Positions 40,025-55,900 of a DNA stretch of 64,000 nt are shown here, in pieces. Under the pieces are notes generated by a model. It saw only the letters and a list, made by a program, of their open reading frames with translations, was not told the DNA's origin and made no database searches. Position 1 is the first letter of the stretch. Each line of letters begins with the position of its first letter. The stretch comes from the human T2T-CHM13v2.0 reference genome, Homo sapiens, in the NCBI RefSeq assembly GCF_009914755.1, contig NC_060927.1. One strand, written 5' to 3'. Both the position numbers and the translations under genes were made by a program.

Positions 40025-40188
40025 AGCTGGGTGCAGTGGCTCACATCTGTAATCCCAACACTTTGGAAGGCTGAGAAGGGAGGATTGCTTGAGCCCAGGA
40101 GTTTGAGGCTGCAGTAGGCTACTGAGTGTACCACTGCACTCCAGCCTAGTCAACAGGGCAAGACCCTGTCTCTTAAAAAAAAAAAAAA
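40025..40188 (+). mobile_element. Alu monomer (FRAM/FAM-like)
   Basis: Single monomer with A tail; TSD AGATTCTC. Confidence 0.8.
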
Positions 40189-41659
40189 GATTCTCCTTGT
40201 GTTACTATAGTTTTGCCTGTTGCTAAAGGCCAACTTCATGACGTCAAATAACATACCAACCTGGGTTGCATATTTCTTTAGCTTAGGGACATCTGGACTC
40301 ACCTGATAGACTTTGGGGGTGGTGGCTATGGGGTGGAGTGACAGCAGGTTCCCTCCTCTGGGTCAGAGAACAACAGTCAGAGCCCAGGAGGGAGCCCTGG
40401 AAAGAGGAAGGAAACCTTTGAGCAGATCAGACTTGGAGCAACTTCCAGACACAAGGGAGCTTTTGGATCTGGGTGGAGCTCTTAGGTCAGTGTTCTGAGC
40501 ATGACAGACACTCACCCCAAAGATCAACATAGCTCCATCCAGACCTGCCCCACCTCACCAGAGGCACTGAGCAGCAGAAGCCTGTAAATAACCAACTATG
40601 TTGAAGTATCTAAAACCAAGACCAAACTCAAAGTGTCAGCTCAACCCCTAAGAAATGGAACAAAAGAATCCTTAAGAATAACCATTTCAGCCACCAGAGG
40701 TCTCTCACAGTTTTAAATTTAAACATGGAAAAGTTTCCAGCATGTTATCCTATAATATCAAAAGGCTAATACCACGCACACCTCAAGCCTACATGACTAA
40801 GATCTTATCTTTGGCATTCTTAGGTCTTCCTAGTACTTTCCTTTGCTTTTTAAATGTCATTATTTCCTTCACAAGCCAAACCTCGTGACCTTAAGCACCA
40901 GGCCTGAAGTTCAAAGGCACACACAGAATCCTCGCCACGGGGTTCTGTTGGCAAACTTCTCTTCCTAAGTAGAGGGAGTGGGACGGTGAGGGGAGGCCCA
41001 ACGCTTAGATTTTCAGAATCACAGGTGAATTGTTGCTTAAGATGTTTCTGGACACAGGATCTGAGCGGTAAGCAAAAGCAGTGAAAAAGCTCCATTTACT
41101 GAGCTAAGCTCAGAGCACCGAGAAGGCAGGTTCTCAAAATGCTTCCCAACACTCTGTTTTTTGTCTTTCAAGATCTCAAAGAAGTCTTAATAGTAAAGGT
41201 AGAAGCATAAGATGATTCATGTTCCCATTCCTTATTTCCAGAAAGTTTCAAGAAAGAAGTGGAAAATTCCAGGGGCAATAAAAATTTAGAAATTAATTCA
41301 AGACTGAAACTCCAGCTGTATATCCCTGGCAGCCAGTACAACACTTGGCTTATGAAGAACGCTCAATGAACTTTTGTTGAATGAGATGAATGCAGCAACC
41401 TGCCTAACACAAAATGACCTTCAATGAGAGATTGTTGTTTCTATATTTGTAGCTGCATTGTCTCAGATCAGATACTTACTAAGCTCTGGTTTTTCCAAAG
41501 CTCTGGTTTCTCCAACCACAAGCTGCAAGAGGCTGGCTGACTCCAGAGATGAGCAGCCCAGCTGGCTCATGTGACTAGTTTAAAAGATGTATTATTTCAT
41601 TATAGGATCAAAAGCCCTACAATTTGGTACCTTTTTGCTTTTCAAGTGAACTTGAGTAG

Positions 41660-41975
<316 letters not shown>

Positions 41976-42697
41976 CCGGGGGAGAAAAATATACTCAGTG
42001 CCCCTGGTGGTAGGGCCCCTGCAAGGAGCTTTATAGACACTGTCCTGTTGGTTCCTCACAACTCCCTTCTGGGGTAGGAAATTCCAGAGCCATTTCCTTT
42101 CCATTATATAAGGAGGCCTCTAAAGGCTTTTGCAGTATTCCTGGCAGGGGACAAGGAGAAACATCTCTGTGCTGGTTACTGCCATGGTTTCTGGCAGCTC
42201 TGCCTGTGTTATCATTGCCTAAGGAACATGCATTGTCCTTAGCCACCCTGTACGTGGTAGCCTGCAGAAGTATTACTACCACTCACAGGTGTCTCATTCC
42301 TTATGATGAGTTACTGAAGAATCCTGTAACAAATTCTGTTCTCAGAGCCACCTGTTCCAAAATGGAACCGGACTCTCCTGGCCCTCACTGTCATGTACAT
42401 ATTTAGGATTTCTATGATACCAGGTAAGGGAAATTGCTACACTGGTTTCTGAAGCTCTGCCTGGGGGCTTCCTTTGGGAGAGAGGGGTCCTTCCTGTGGA
42501 AGATATATTTTGCATCCTTGTATTTGCTAGAAGCATCTGGGTGAACATCAAACTGAGCAGAGATTAATGTATGTGAAAAAACCCGAAGAATTTCTAGGTG
42601 CTCCTACCAGAAGCACACAGTGGTGGTGATCCTGCCAAGAGGTCCCTTTCCTGGAGATTAAATATGTCCAGCCTAGGTTCATTCAAAAGGTACTTTT

Positions 42698-42815
42698 AGC
42701 TCAGACCTGTAATCCTAGCACTTTGGGATGCTGAGGTGGGAGGATCCCTTGAGCCCAGGAGTTCAAGACCAGCCTGGGAAACATAGGGAGACCCTGTCTC
42801 TATTGTAAAACAAAC
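42698..42815 (+). mobile_element. FLAM monomer
   Basis: TSD CAAAAGGTACTTTT both sides. Confidence 0.8.
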
Positions 42816-43105
42816 AAAAGGTACTTTTGGAGACCTCTGTCATGGAAGTCACCTTCAAGACAGTACTGTAACAAGCCATTTGTGAAATATGCCAATTGCA
42901 ATGACAGAGATACAGCAGCAACCTGAGCCCCAAGGACGGCTGCCAGGCTACTGATTCTGAGTGTGAAAATTACATTACTAAAGAAAACAATATAAATATG
43001 GTGAGAAACACTTTTAAAACTGTATCTGGATAACTGTTGCCATGGCAGGTGTTTTGTTTGACAAGAGTCAAGAAGCCTAGGATGTGGCCTTAATCTCAGG
43101 AGTGG

Positions 43106-44002
43106 CTTTAACTAGACAGGGTTATCAGAACTGCCTTTAACTAGACAGGGTTAACAGAACTGCCTTTAACTGGACAGGGTTATCAGAACCGCCTCTGACT
43201 AGACAGGGTTATCAGAACCGCCTCTGACTAGACAGGGTTATCAGAACCGCCTCTGACTAGACAGGGTTATCAGAACCGCCTCTGACTAGACAGGGTTATC
43301 AGAACCGCCTCTGACTAGACAGGGTTATCAGAACCGCCTCTGACTAGACAGGGTTATCAGAACCGCCTCTGACTAGACAGGGTTATCAGAACCGCCTCTG
43401 ACTAGACAGGGTTATCAGAACCGCCTCTGACTAGACAGGGTTAACAGAACCGCCTCTGACTAGACAGGGTTATCAGAACCGCCTTTGACTAGACAGGGTT
43501 ATCAGAACCGCCTTTGACTAGACAGGGTTATCAGAACCGCCTTTGACTAGACAGGGTTATCAGAACCGCCTTTGACTAGACAGGGTTATCAGAACCGCCT
43601 TTGACTAGACAGGGTTATCAGAACCGCCTTTGACTAGACAGGGTTATCAGAACCGCCTTTGACTAGACATGGTTAACAGAACCGCCTTTGACTAGACAGG
43701 GTTATCAGAACCGCCTTTGACTAGACAGGGTTATCAGAACCGCCTTTGACTAGACAGGGTTATCAGAACCGCCTTTGACTAGACAGGGTTATCAGAACCG
43801 CCTTTGACTAGACAGGGTTATCAGAACCGCCTTTGACTAGACAGGGTTATCAGAACCGCCTTTGACTAGACAGGGTTATCAGAACCGCCTTTGACTAGAC
43901 AGGGTTATCAGAACCACCTTTGACTAGACATGGTTAACAGAACTGCCTTTGACTAGACAGGGTTAACAGAATTGCCTTTAACTAGACAGGGTTATCAGAA
44001 CT
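43106..44002 (+). repeat. Minisatellite, 29-bp unit ACTAGACAGGGTTATCAGAACCGCCT(C/T)TG, 30 full copies plus a partial, in ITGB5 intron 10
   Basis: Unit starts at 43111 and 43981 differ by 870 = 30 x 29; no indels, only point variants. Confidence 0.98.
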
Positions 44003-47000
44003 TTGCTAAATCGGCCGGGAACTGTTAGCCCAGACCCAGAACCCATGCTTGGATGCTGGCCCTGGCCTGCTAGGAATGATGCTACTAGTACCATGCTTCT
44101 TCTTGTTCTTTTTTTTTTTGTTTGGGAGAGAACGGAGGATGCCCCTTGACTTCTAATTGCCTGCCACATAGTAATAAAAGATTCTTGCTCAAACTTTGGG
44201 TAAAATAAAGGTGAGACGTATACATGAGACCTTACTCAGAGGTGCTTTTGAGATCTTACAGCCACGAGACCAAAAGGGCTGTGTTCAAAATTCTATATCC
44301 TATTTGATTTAAATTTCCTCATTATGTGGAATCCAAGAATTAGGCTGACCATTAGCAAAGGATTCAATGTACTCCAGTGCAGTCATTTTAAGTGTAGAGA
44401 AGGTTGAAAGCATCTGGGTTGAAACTGACCTCAGCAATGTACCACAAGGGAGTAGCTCAAATCCCAGAAAATGCACCGTTTGGACACAGAAACTAACAAA
44501 GAAACTCAAAGTTTGAGCAAGAATCTTTTATTACATGAAAAACAACTGAACAGAACATGTCCTGCTTCTCATATTCTATGGGTCAATACTTTACAAGACT
44601 CAAAAGAAAAGAAATCCTCATGATGGCCCCAGGAAGCTCCCCTCGCACACACAGAAACAGTCTGTGGACAGAACCATTCTCTAAGTCAAGCTGCCTCTAG
44701 AAACCGCAGAGAGACACAAGAGCCCCAAGCTCACACACATTCCCATGACAATGTGTCACAAAAGTAATAACAGAGTTGTTCAATTGCTTCCAGACCTTAG
44801 TCGGATTTGTTCACTGCTCATTTTGATGATGGATAACATATTGCAAACCTGTAATGTCTTGCGCTTTGCCCCTAGCCCTGTCTTGGCAGGGACAAGGACT
44901 GTAAGCCTCCTACTGATAGAGAGTCCAGTGAAGTGGAAGGAGTTTCTCTGGGGTGACCCTACCTATTCTGGCCCTGGCTCTGCCTCAGCCACTTCTTCAA
45001 GTGCACCCCTCAACCCCACTCTGAAGACAGACCACAACCACACGATTTCCTTCCAAGACAGGCTGCAGGGAAGAGGGGGTGTAAAGCTGTGAGAGAATGC
45101 TGAAGTCAGCTGCTTGGGAGTCTCTGAGTCAGCACCTTCAAGAGCAGAGTGGTGGCTGGGAACCAGGCTTCCCTGCCACAACAACTCCAGATGTAGCCGT
45201 GACCCAAGAGCTCAAAACCACCGCACGCAATTCTGGAGTGGGAGCCCCATGCTGACCACAGGTGCCAAGGACCCAGGGACTGGAATTCCTTACCCATCCA
45301 TTCACAGCCCCTCCTGAGCTGTAAGGTTTGAGAGACAAGGAAGGGCTGGTGCTATAACGCTGTGAAAGAAGCCACTGCATGAACATGTTATCAAGTCCTG
45401 CCTGGAGCTGGACTCAGTTTAAGTCCTTCCCAAATTGTCAAACAACAATGATCTCACTCCAGAAACTATTTTCTCCGGAAAGACTTGGATAGCGTCACGT
45501 TTCAACTAGTTGTTGCTTTTAAAGTGAAGAGGTGGAGAAGGCTAGTTGGGAGTGCAATGGAAAGACACTCAAAATGTTCTCATCAATGATTTACTAAAGT
45601 AATTCGACTTCAAGTGCTCCTTAGGATATAATATTATAGGAAAAAAAGCATCATACAAAATTGTATGCAGCTATAAACACACATACACTAACTTAGAGGA
45701 AGGTTTAGAAGGAAATAAACTAATCTCTTAAAATAAGAGTGATGAAATTATGGATGATTTTTAAATTTCTTACTACTGCTCAGAATATTCTCGACCTAAG
45801 GCTAATCCCCCAACTCTCTGGCAAGGTCTTGACTGAGCACACAGCCTCAGAAGTGATGCACACGAAACAGCCTGGGTGAAAAGAGGTCTGGTTTCCCAGA
45901 TGGTCCAAATTACTCCTGGTCACCAAGAAGACAGACAGCACCAACTGGCCACACATCCATCAACTTCCCTGTATTTTTCAAGTTTTCTTTAATGGTTGTC
46001 TATGGCTTTTCCAGTGGGGAAGAAAAAAGACATTCATTCTGCAACCTCAGGGAAGTTAGTGACTTTAGGCATCGTTGATCTAGGAGCCTCAAGGGCTTGG
46101 CAAACCTCCGGTTTCTCTACCCCATGACATGAGCATTTCCCGATCCCGCAGGATTGTATGGGGTGAAGGGAAGAGAAAGAGATAGAGCACCAGGGGTTTT
46201 TGGATATGAAGTCTGGCAGAATTCTGTAATGCAGGATTAACTTAGGATTGTGGGTTCTGATGATTGAGCAAAAAAAAAGCTGCATTTTCACACAGCTATG
46301 GAATATTCCTGTTTCCAAAATGACCAGTATTCCCCACTGAGGGCCTCTCATACCCCATCTCCCACTTGCCCTGTCTCCCAGGCTCTGTACTCAGAGAAAT
46401 GCCCAGTCTCAGCAAGACAGAGGAGGCATCTAACATCCACTGGGTCCTGTTCCCTACCGAGTACCAGGCCAGGGCCTTCATCTCTGTCTTCTCCTTCAAT
46501 TCTCAAAATAATGCAGAAACAAATGGTGTTGGCCCATCTTAGGAGACAGGAAAAGCCAAAGTCCAAGACAACCAAGGTCACAGCCTGATGAACTGTGGAG
46601 ATGAAACGTGCACACAGCATCTGACTCAAACGCCCTTGCTCCCAGGCTGCATGGACACACGCAGGCTTCTAGGGTGAAGACATACCAGAGGGTTATTTCA
46701 GGATCCTGAAGGGGAAGGAGGGATGGTTCTGTCACGTTTGCTAATATCTCTTTAAAAGAAAAACTGCTAAAAAGCCTGCCAGGCTGCTTAGAGCTTTTAT
46801 TATGGCTACTAAGAGGAATGGAAACTCCATTCCACCACCCTGGAATTTTTTAGGCAAAGCCTGGGGACTGTCTGGGGGAAGGCGGGGCCCTCCTGCACAT
46901 GGGGAACCAGGTGTGGCCCCCCCAGAGGGGTGTGGCACTGACTCATAGAGGAGCCAGCATTGGGTGTGTTTTCCTTTTGTGCCAGGCAAAATACTGGGTG

Positions 47001-47894
47001 CTTCACACACATCTCTTATTCCTCATAACAACTCTATGCCCAAGTCACACTAGCAGATATGGTATGATGGGACTTAGGCCCAGGCCTCCTGCTATGGAGC
47101 CCAAACTTTTTCTACTAACCAGACAGAACCATCTAGCTAACACCAACCTATCATCACTCTGCTGAGGAAAGCGTTGATCCCTGTTGCATGCTTGGCATGT
47201 TGAATCCTGATTTTTCCACCTACTTTACTCTGCAATGACACTGCTAAGTCCTGCACTCTCCAGGGCAACTCCAGTTTTAGACATGCTGGTCCCACGACGC
47301 CCATGGGTGTACTCACGCTTGTCTCACGGCAAGGTCCGCTCCAGGAAGCTTCCCTTGTTAACCCACGTCTGTGCAACCCTGTGTGGCAGTACAATTCCTC
47401 CTCCCATAGGACGGAGTATCTGCACGTTCCTGGTTTGCTTCAGATGCACCTTGTGCTTTCTTTCCCAGCTGATCCCTTAGTTCCTTTCAAATCCACCCAT
47501 CCCAATTGGAAGACCATTCTTAAGGAGGGAGCCCTGGAAACCACAGAATACATGATGTGTAGAAGAAACCACAGCCCTGCCTAAAACTGTTTTACTTACT
47601 ACCTTTACAGGTGGCATGGTGTTAGATAAACTTTGAGATACAATTTTGAAGCATTTAATCAGAACGCAATACCAGAGTGGGAACTGCCAATTTGTCATTT
47701 AACTGGAATCAGTGTAAACTCCTGTGTTTAGATTCAGAAAATTAAGGGCTCCAACACAACACACTAAAAAAGTACCTCTCCTTCTGAACCACAGTTCTAA
47801 AAAATAAAATAAATTAAAAGCCTCAAACTTTTGGTAGTGAAGTTAAAAACCAGCTCAAGAGTATACTGTGACTGTTTAACAGAACGAAAAGGTG

Positions 47895-48280
<386 letters not shown>

Positions 48281-48569
48281 GGTGAATGTATTGTCAGGGT
48301 GCATCCATGTAAGCAGAATGTCCAAATCACAGGAAACGCATGCTTCACTGAACCCTGGACCAAGCCCTCATCATCCAGCATGACAAGTAACGCACTTGAT
48401 TATGTGAAGCATGCTTCACAAATGATAGCACCCTCGGACAAGGAAGAGACTTGGGGTGTCTAGCCTAGATCAGAAGAGAGAACAGAGAAACATAAAGCAG
48501 CTTTTAGATGTTTGACAGGTTGTCACGTGGAAGGGGGACTCTAGAATGTTAACCATTGGGAGGAAGTTA

Positions 48570-49400
<831 letters not shown>

Positions 49401-49790
49401 TGAGTTCATTGGCTAAGGGACAGATGGCCACTGCCAGCCCCAGTGAGTTCCCCGTCCCAGGAGGCAATCAAGAAGAGGCTGAACATCTCTACCTGTCAGG
49501 AATGCTGTGCAGGCCAGTCCTGCATGAATTGGGAAGTAAGGTGGATGACCCACGCAGGCCCCTCGAATTCTGAGAGTCCACAATTTATGGCAATACCTTC
49601 TGCTTTCGTATTCTGCACACAGATCCCCACCTCCTGCCTACGGGTAGCAAGGCTTGCCCACTGTCTTCTCCAAGGAGAGCCATGGTAGTGACACTTTCTA
49701 CCACCACTGAGTAAAAGGCAGGCTTTGGGAGGGTGTCCTAACGGCATCTTGGCCTGGCTCAGAGCTAAAGTGCTTGCTGGGGACACTTAC

Positions 49791-50220
49791 CTGAGCAGAG
49801 GACTCCCTTGTTCCTGGCACAGGAGAAGTTGTCGCACTCACAGAAAGGCCCATAGATCTTGCCGAACTCGCTCTCGAAGCAGGAGCACTGGTTGCAGCTG
49901 CAGTCCCCACGCCCGCTGCACAGTGGCTTGCCCTCTGCCTCCCGGCACAGGTTCTGGTACACGCTCTGGTTCTCCCCATCCTGGCACTCGCACCTGGTGC
50001 CCAGGTAGCCGGGGCTGCACTCACACAGGCCGCAGACATAGGTCCCGCTCCCGCTGCACCTGGCGCTGTTGGGTTCCAGCCCCACGCTGCAGCCGCACGT
50101 GCAGTTGTAGGTGACCCCCACCTCCAGGCTGTCCCGGAATCCCACCGGCCGCAGGGCAAACACATGCTCCGTGTGTCTGCTGGGACAGCTTCGGGCCTCC
50201 ACTGATACTTCAAAAGATGC
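49791..50220 (-). CDS. ITGB5: Integrin beta-5 exon 10 (430 bp; [10 protein letters not shown]...NKGVLCS), hybrid end and I-EGF cysteine-rich repeats
   Basis: Cys-rich integrin EGF-like repeats in ORF 49765..50403; acceptor cccag|GCA, donor TCAG|gtaagt; ends in phase 1. Confidence 0.98.
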
Positions 50221-51450
50221 CTGGGCAGAAGGAAGAGAAGGGATATCATGGCTGCGGCAAGCCAGGGTCTCCCATTCACCCAGGGGCAGGGCCCTTGATG
50301 AAGAGCAGCTGCGAACTCCAGCCCTCTCCACGCACTCAGGTAGAACCACCAAGATGGCCGGAGTAGGAAGAGACCTCAGAACCAGCAAGCTCCCATGCTT
50401 CATGGAGAAGAGAATGCACAGGTGAGCTCACATTTGACAGGTGAATTCTTTAACATTCATTATCTCTTTGCATCCCCATGACCCTGAGGAAATGGGCCCC
50501 TGCGGAAAGCTATAGGGCTTCCTTGAGTTCACACAGTTCTTATTCTCCCTTTCTTTTCTCTTCTGTCCTATCCTCTTCCCAGCCCCGCTGCAGATGCCTC
50601 TTCTCTGCTCACTTAAAAAGTCATTTGGTGGAAAAACATTTCCTGGGCGCTGCCTCTGTGCCAGGCACAATGGCACTCTCACAGGGTGCCGGGTGAAGGG
50701 CACCCACCTGGCCCGCCATAGAGAGGGCTCTGTGCCTGCTGGCAAAGGGCTCAGCTGACTCCAGAGCTTGCTCTCCAGACACCCCCGAGTCCCCCGTGCC
50801 CCAATTCCTCCTCTGTGAGTGCTTGTCATAGCTGCATCTTTCACAATCCCCCCATGCCCCTGAGGTCTTAAAGAAGAGTCTCCAACTGATGAAATGCACC
50901 ATGCACATGGACAGACCTTTTCTTTTTAAACAGAATATGTAAGGAAGTGTTTCTCACTCAGGAGCTTCTCACAGATTGCCTTGAAAACAGGCTCAAGGTG
51001 GGCCTGGATGGGTGGCAGATGGTGCGGGAGGGATGCCTGTCAGCTGCCCACAGGGCTGGGATGGAAGGAAAGCAAGAATGAGGCTTGGTCTGATTCAGGA
51101 ACTAGAGCCTGACTCCCCCACCCTCTCCTCCTCACCCCCCTGAGGAGAGCCATGTGGGGTCTGAATCACCCATCAGGGCCCTGAGAGCAAGTCACTGTGG
51201 ATTCTATGAAAACGCACAGACAGGTGGCCAGTGTGCCCTGATGAAATGCCGTTGTAAAGTTTTACTCAGGGGTGGGTTCTCCCTTACTCCCTGAACAGAC
51301 AGAGGCCCGGCCCACCCCACAAACAGACTCACTGGATCTGGGTCCAAATGTCTTTATTTTTCAAAAGGCTCCTCAGATCATTCTGAAGCTCAGAATGGGT
51401 TAAAAACCACTTTCAGCTATTACTATTCTTAATTCTATTCTTTTGGCTAG

Positions 51451-51753
<303 letters not shown>

Positions 51754-51815
51754 TCATTAAAGCTAATTTTTAAAATGTCATCATTCACTTGATTTACTGG
51801 ACAATCTTCAGGTAA

Positions 51816-52130
<315 letters not shown>

Positions 52131-52671
52131 CACGATGTTCATTTTTTGAGAACATTATAAATATCTGTTTCTAAACATACAGATCCCTATTACTTTGAGA
52201 TTTTTACTGGTTCTAAAAGGCCTCCCCTCAGATGCTGTGACATCTAGGGACACGGGGAGAGGGGAGAGGGTATGGGACTGAGCAGGAGGATAGATCCTGC
52301 TCTATAAGTCCTGCAGAAAGTCCTGCGTGGCAGCAAACTGCTGTTTCAAAGGACTTGACAACAGACACCCAGGACTCAGCATTAGCCAAGAGGCTCAACA
52401 GGAGAGGCTTCTGGATAGGTGAGCTGAGGATAGCTAGGGGAGCAGGATCAGAAGACACTCGGGGGACCAGGCCAGCTGCAGACAGCTTGGGCTAGCTCCA
52501 CCTTACCTTCCATCTCTGTGGGGTAGGAAGAGTAGGAAGAGACAAAGGGGAGAGATTGACAAAAACAACTCCAAGGCTAAGTTCCAAGGTCTCGAGGTAC
52601 AGGGAGTCTCTCAAGGTGAGTAAAGATTCAATCCACTTGGACACTGAAATTGGTTAAAGGATAACACGAAT

Positions 52672-52990
<319 letters not shown>

Positions 52991-55900
52991 CACTAATAAT
53001 TATTAGTTGCCAAGTGCCTACTATGTACCAGGCACTGTGCTGGACTTTTCCACAAGCATCTCTTTTAAATGCCCTAGAAGTGTCCTCATTTTACCAGAGA
53101 GAAAACAGGGTTGGCGGGGTTGGTGGATTTAGTCATGCTCACACAGCTGATGAGTGGGGCCAGGCCTAGAGCAGGGCCCGCTCTCTCCTTAGCATATCCA
53201 CCTCCTAGACGGGGGAATGAGGTCTACCTCATCGGGGTGCGCAGGGAGAGCCAGCCTGGCTTACTAAAGGGACCCCTTGATGGTGATCCCCAAAGTGGTG
53301 GCCAGAGGCATCTCCACATCTTTCTGCCGTGGGCTGGGAACGATTTGAGCCTGCAGATAGGATAAGAGTGGGGACTATGCCTGCCCGAAGCCACCCGTGG
53401 GGCCATCAAGAATGCAGAGGTGAATGGAGCTTTGAGGGGCAGATGCCATCCCTCCCTTCTGAGGCCCAGAGAGAAACTTGCTTGCATCTCCTATTACTAT
53501 TTGCTTGAAGCTCCCACAACAGTGACATGCTTGAAGCTACCTGTAGCTTGCTTCAAGTTACAGCTGAAACCCTGTACTTCTAGGGCTACAACTTGCTGGA
53601 CTTGTGCTCCACAGAGGCATCTGCGGGTCAGAAACTGAATAAACTACAGAGGAATGACCTGGACCAAGAGCCAAAGGCATTTAATTATTGAAAGACTGTG
53701 GGGAGTACACACCTGTGAGTATAACCTTGTCTCATGGAAACTTGCCTGCCTTGGGGTTAAAGCAATGAAAGTGAGAGTTAAGTCTCCAGAATCTTGCTGA
53801 TGTGTCTGGGAGAAAGTGGGAGGTTAGGGCACCCCTAAAGTTCTGGCACTCAATCACCAGCATGTAGAAACACTTGGGCACTGTCTGCCCAGCTGGGCAA
53901 GCAAGGAGGGCCCAGCTTTCAAGCAGGTCCTGAGGCCTTCCCCAGCCAAGCCTTCGGTCCAAGTGAGGTGCTATCTGTCTGGCCCTGTGCAGCCTGGAGT
54001 GTAGCCAGATGCCTGATAACCAGAGAATGTTCTGTCTATTTCAGCCACTGGGTCTCAGCTCCTGCTGGGCACGGGAAGTGCTATAAAAAGCACTTCAGGA
54101 CCAGCAAGGAAATCTGTTTGCTTACCCCTCCTTTCAGAGGGTCCATTTTCCCTACTGGATTTGGAAAGAATCCAGAAAGGCTGGAAGGCAGCTGGAATGA
54201 GGCCTCTTCGAGTCCCTCCCCTGATTCCTGAGAACTTCAACTGATACTGAAGGCTCCCCAGTTCCTGGACACTTTCCATTCATTCGCTCTGAGATTCCAG
54301 AGGAAGGTCACAGACACAGCAGCCCTCCCACTCGGTCTTGTTATTAGAACTTCATTGGGATTCTCCTGGTTCCCCTGTGGAGCTGACTGGCCTGATGCAC
54401 CCTTTCAAAAGGGCTGCCCAGCCCCCACCCTGAACCCACCAAATCCAGGGCTATCCTATGCAGATGCCAAGTCTGCTCAGATCTCAACAAAAAAGGAGCT
54501 GGGATGGGCACAGGCTACAGAGTCCCGAGGAGTGGACGGGAGCGGGGAGGGGGTGCTGTGGGAAGCCCATGACGGGGTTCACTGGCTGCTTTGTGCTGGG
54601 CGTCTGTGCTAGCCTCACAGCCAGCCACTTGCATACTGATTTGTTGAAGCCAGTTCCTGAGTAAACTGACTCCCGATGGTTGGTGTAGGATAAAGGGAGG
54701 AAAATTAGGGAAACAATTGAAATCACTGGGAAAGAGAATCTCACTGGATTTGGGGCTTTCAAGGTTTGATTTAAGCCGTATTTCTCTTTGAGGACATCCC
54801 TGCCCCTCAGCCCCTGCCCTGCCACCTCTCCTGCTTCTTGCTAGACATCTGTCTTGACCCAGAGCACACAGGGTTGTCACAGAACCACAGCCTGCACCTC
54901 TTCCACCTCTGCAGGAAGCTGTGATAATGAGGAGGCGAGGTCCATCTGGCTGCCCCTCATACGGGCCGTGTCCTTGTCCACAGGCCAGACCCTGAGATCC
55001 CTGATGACACCTGAACTGTGTCTGCTTTTCCTAATCCCTCTTCTCCAGGGGAGTCCCCAGACCCTCCAGCTATGCTTGATACTCTTGTCTACCCCCACCA
55101 CCATTCCCTGACTTGCCCATAGCCCTCCCAACTCCTGCCACCAAAGAATGGAACCCACTTGCCAAACAATGGCCAGAATGGCCAGACCCCTTAGGTTGGC
55201 AGGTATATTTCACCACTGTGGCCCAAGCCAGCCACTCTCCCCTCCCTCCCCAGCCCACTCCTCTTGCCTCCATGGCCGTCACCATCAGCTGCTTTCCACT
55301 GGCCAAAGGATGATGCTCTTCACACCCTAGCAGACACATCTTGCCAATATGCACATGGGAGGCCCACTGATGGGACCAGCCCACCCCGGCTTTCTCTGTC
55401 TGGGAAACTCCTACTGGTGCTCTGAGCCTCAGCTCCAACAGCTCCCTCTGCAGTGCTGGGCCCTTCTTCCTTGGGCTCCTGCAGTGCCACACCTGGCTTT
55501 CCCACAGCACTCATCACCCTCTACGGGGCTGACTCCTCTGCATGTTATTTCCTCCACCAGACTCTGAGCCCCTGATCTGTGGCCTCATCTGTCCATCTTG
55601 AGTGAGCACGGGATTTGGTACATAAACACTTACTGAGTACGAGTGGATGTCAGCACAGTCACTGGCAAGTTCTGAAATGTATGGCTTGGGGACACACGTC
55701 CAGAGGGAAATACTCACACACTCAGTAGCACCCCTGCTTGCCAAAGCCCAACTGTCAATGCTTTGGAGACAGTTCAGCCTGAGAGAAGGGATGGAAAGTT
55801 TGCCTTCTTGGGCCAGGGTTAAGAAAACCAGACTGGTCCCAGCTGTAAGTGCACCCCTTCTGTCTTGGGGATCAGAGGAACTGACAGACCCCTCTCCTTC

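Noticed and set aside
43106-44002. CRISPR-like array (29-bp repeats)
   Set aside because: Units are head-to-tail with no unique spacers, no cas genes, primate intron context: a minisatellite
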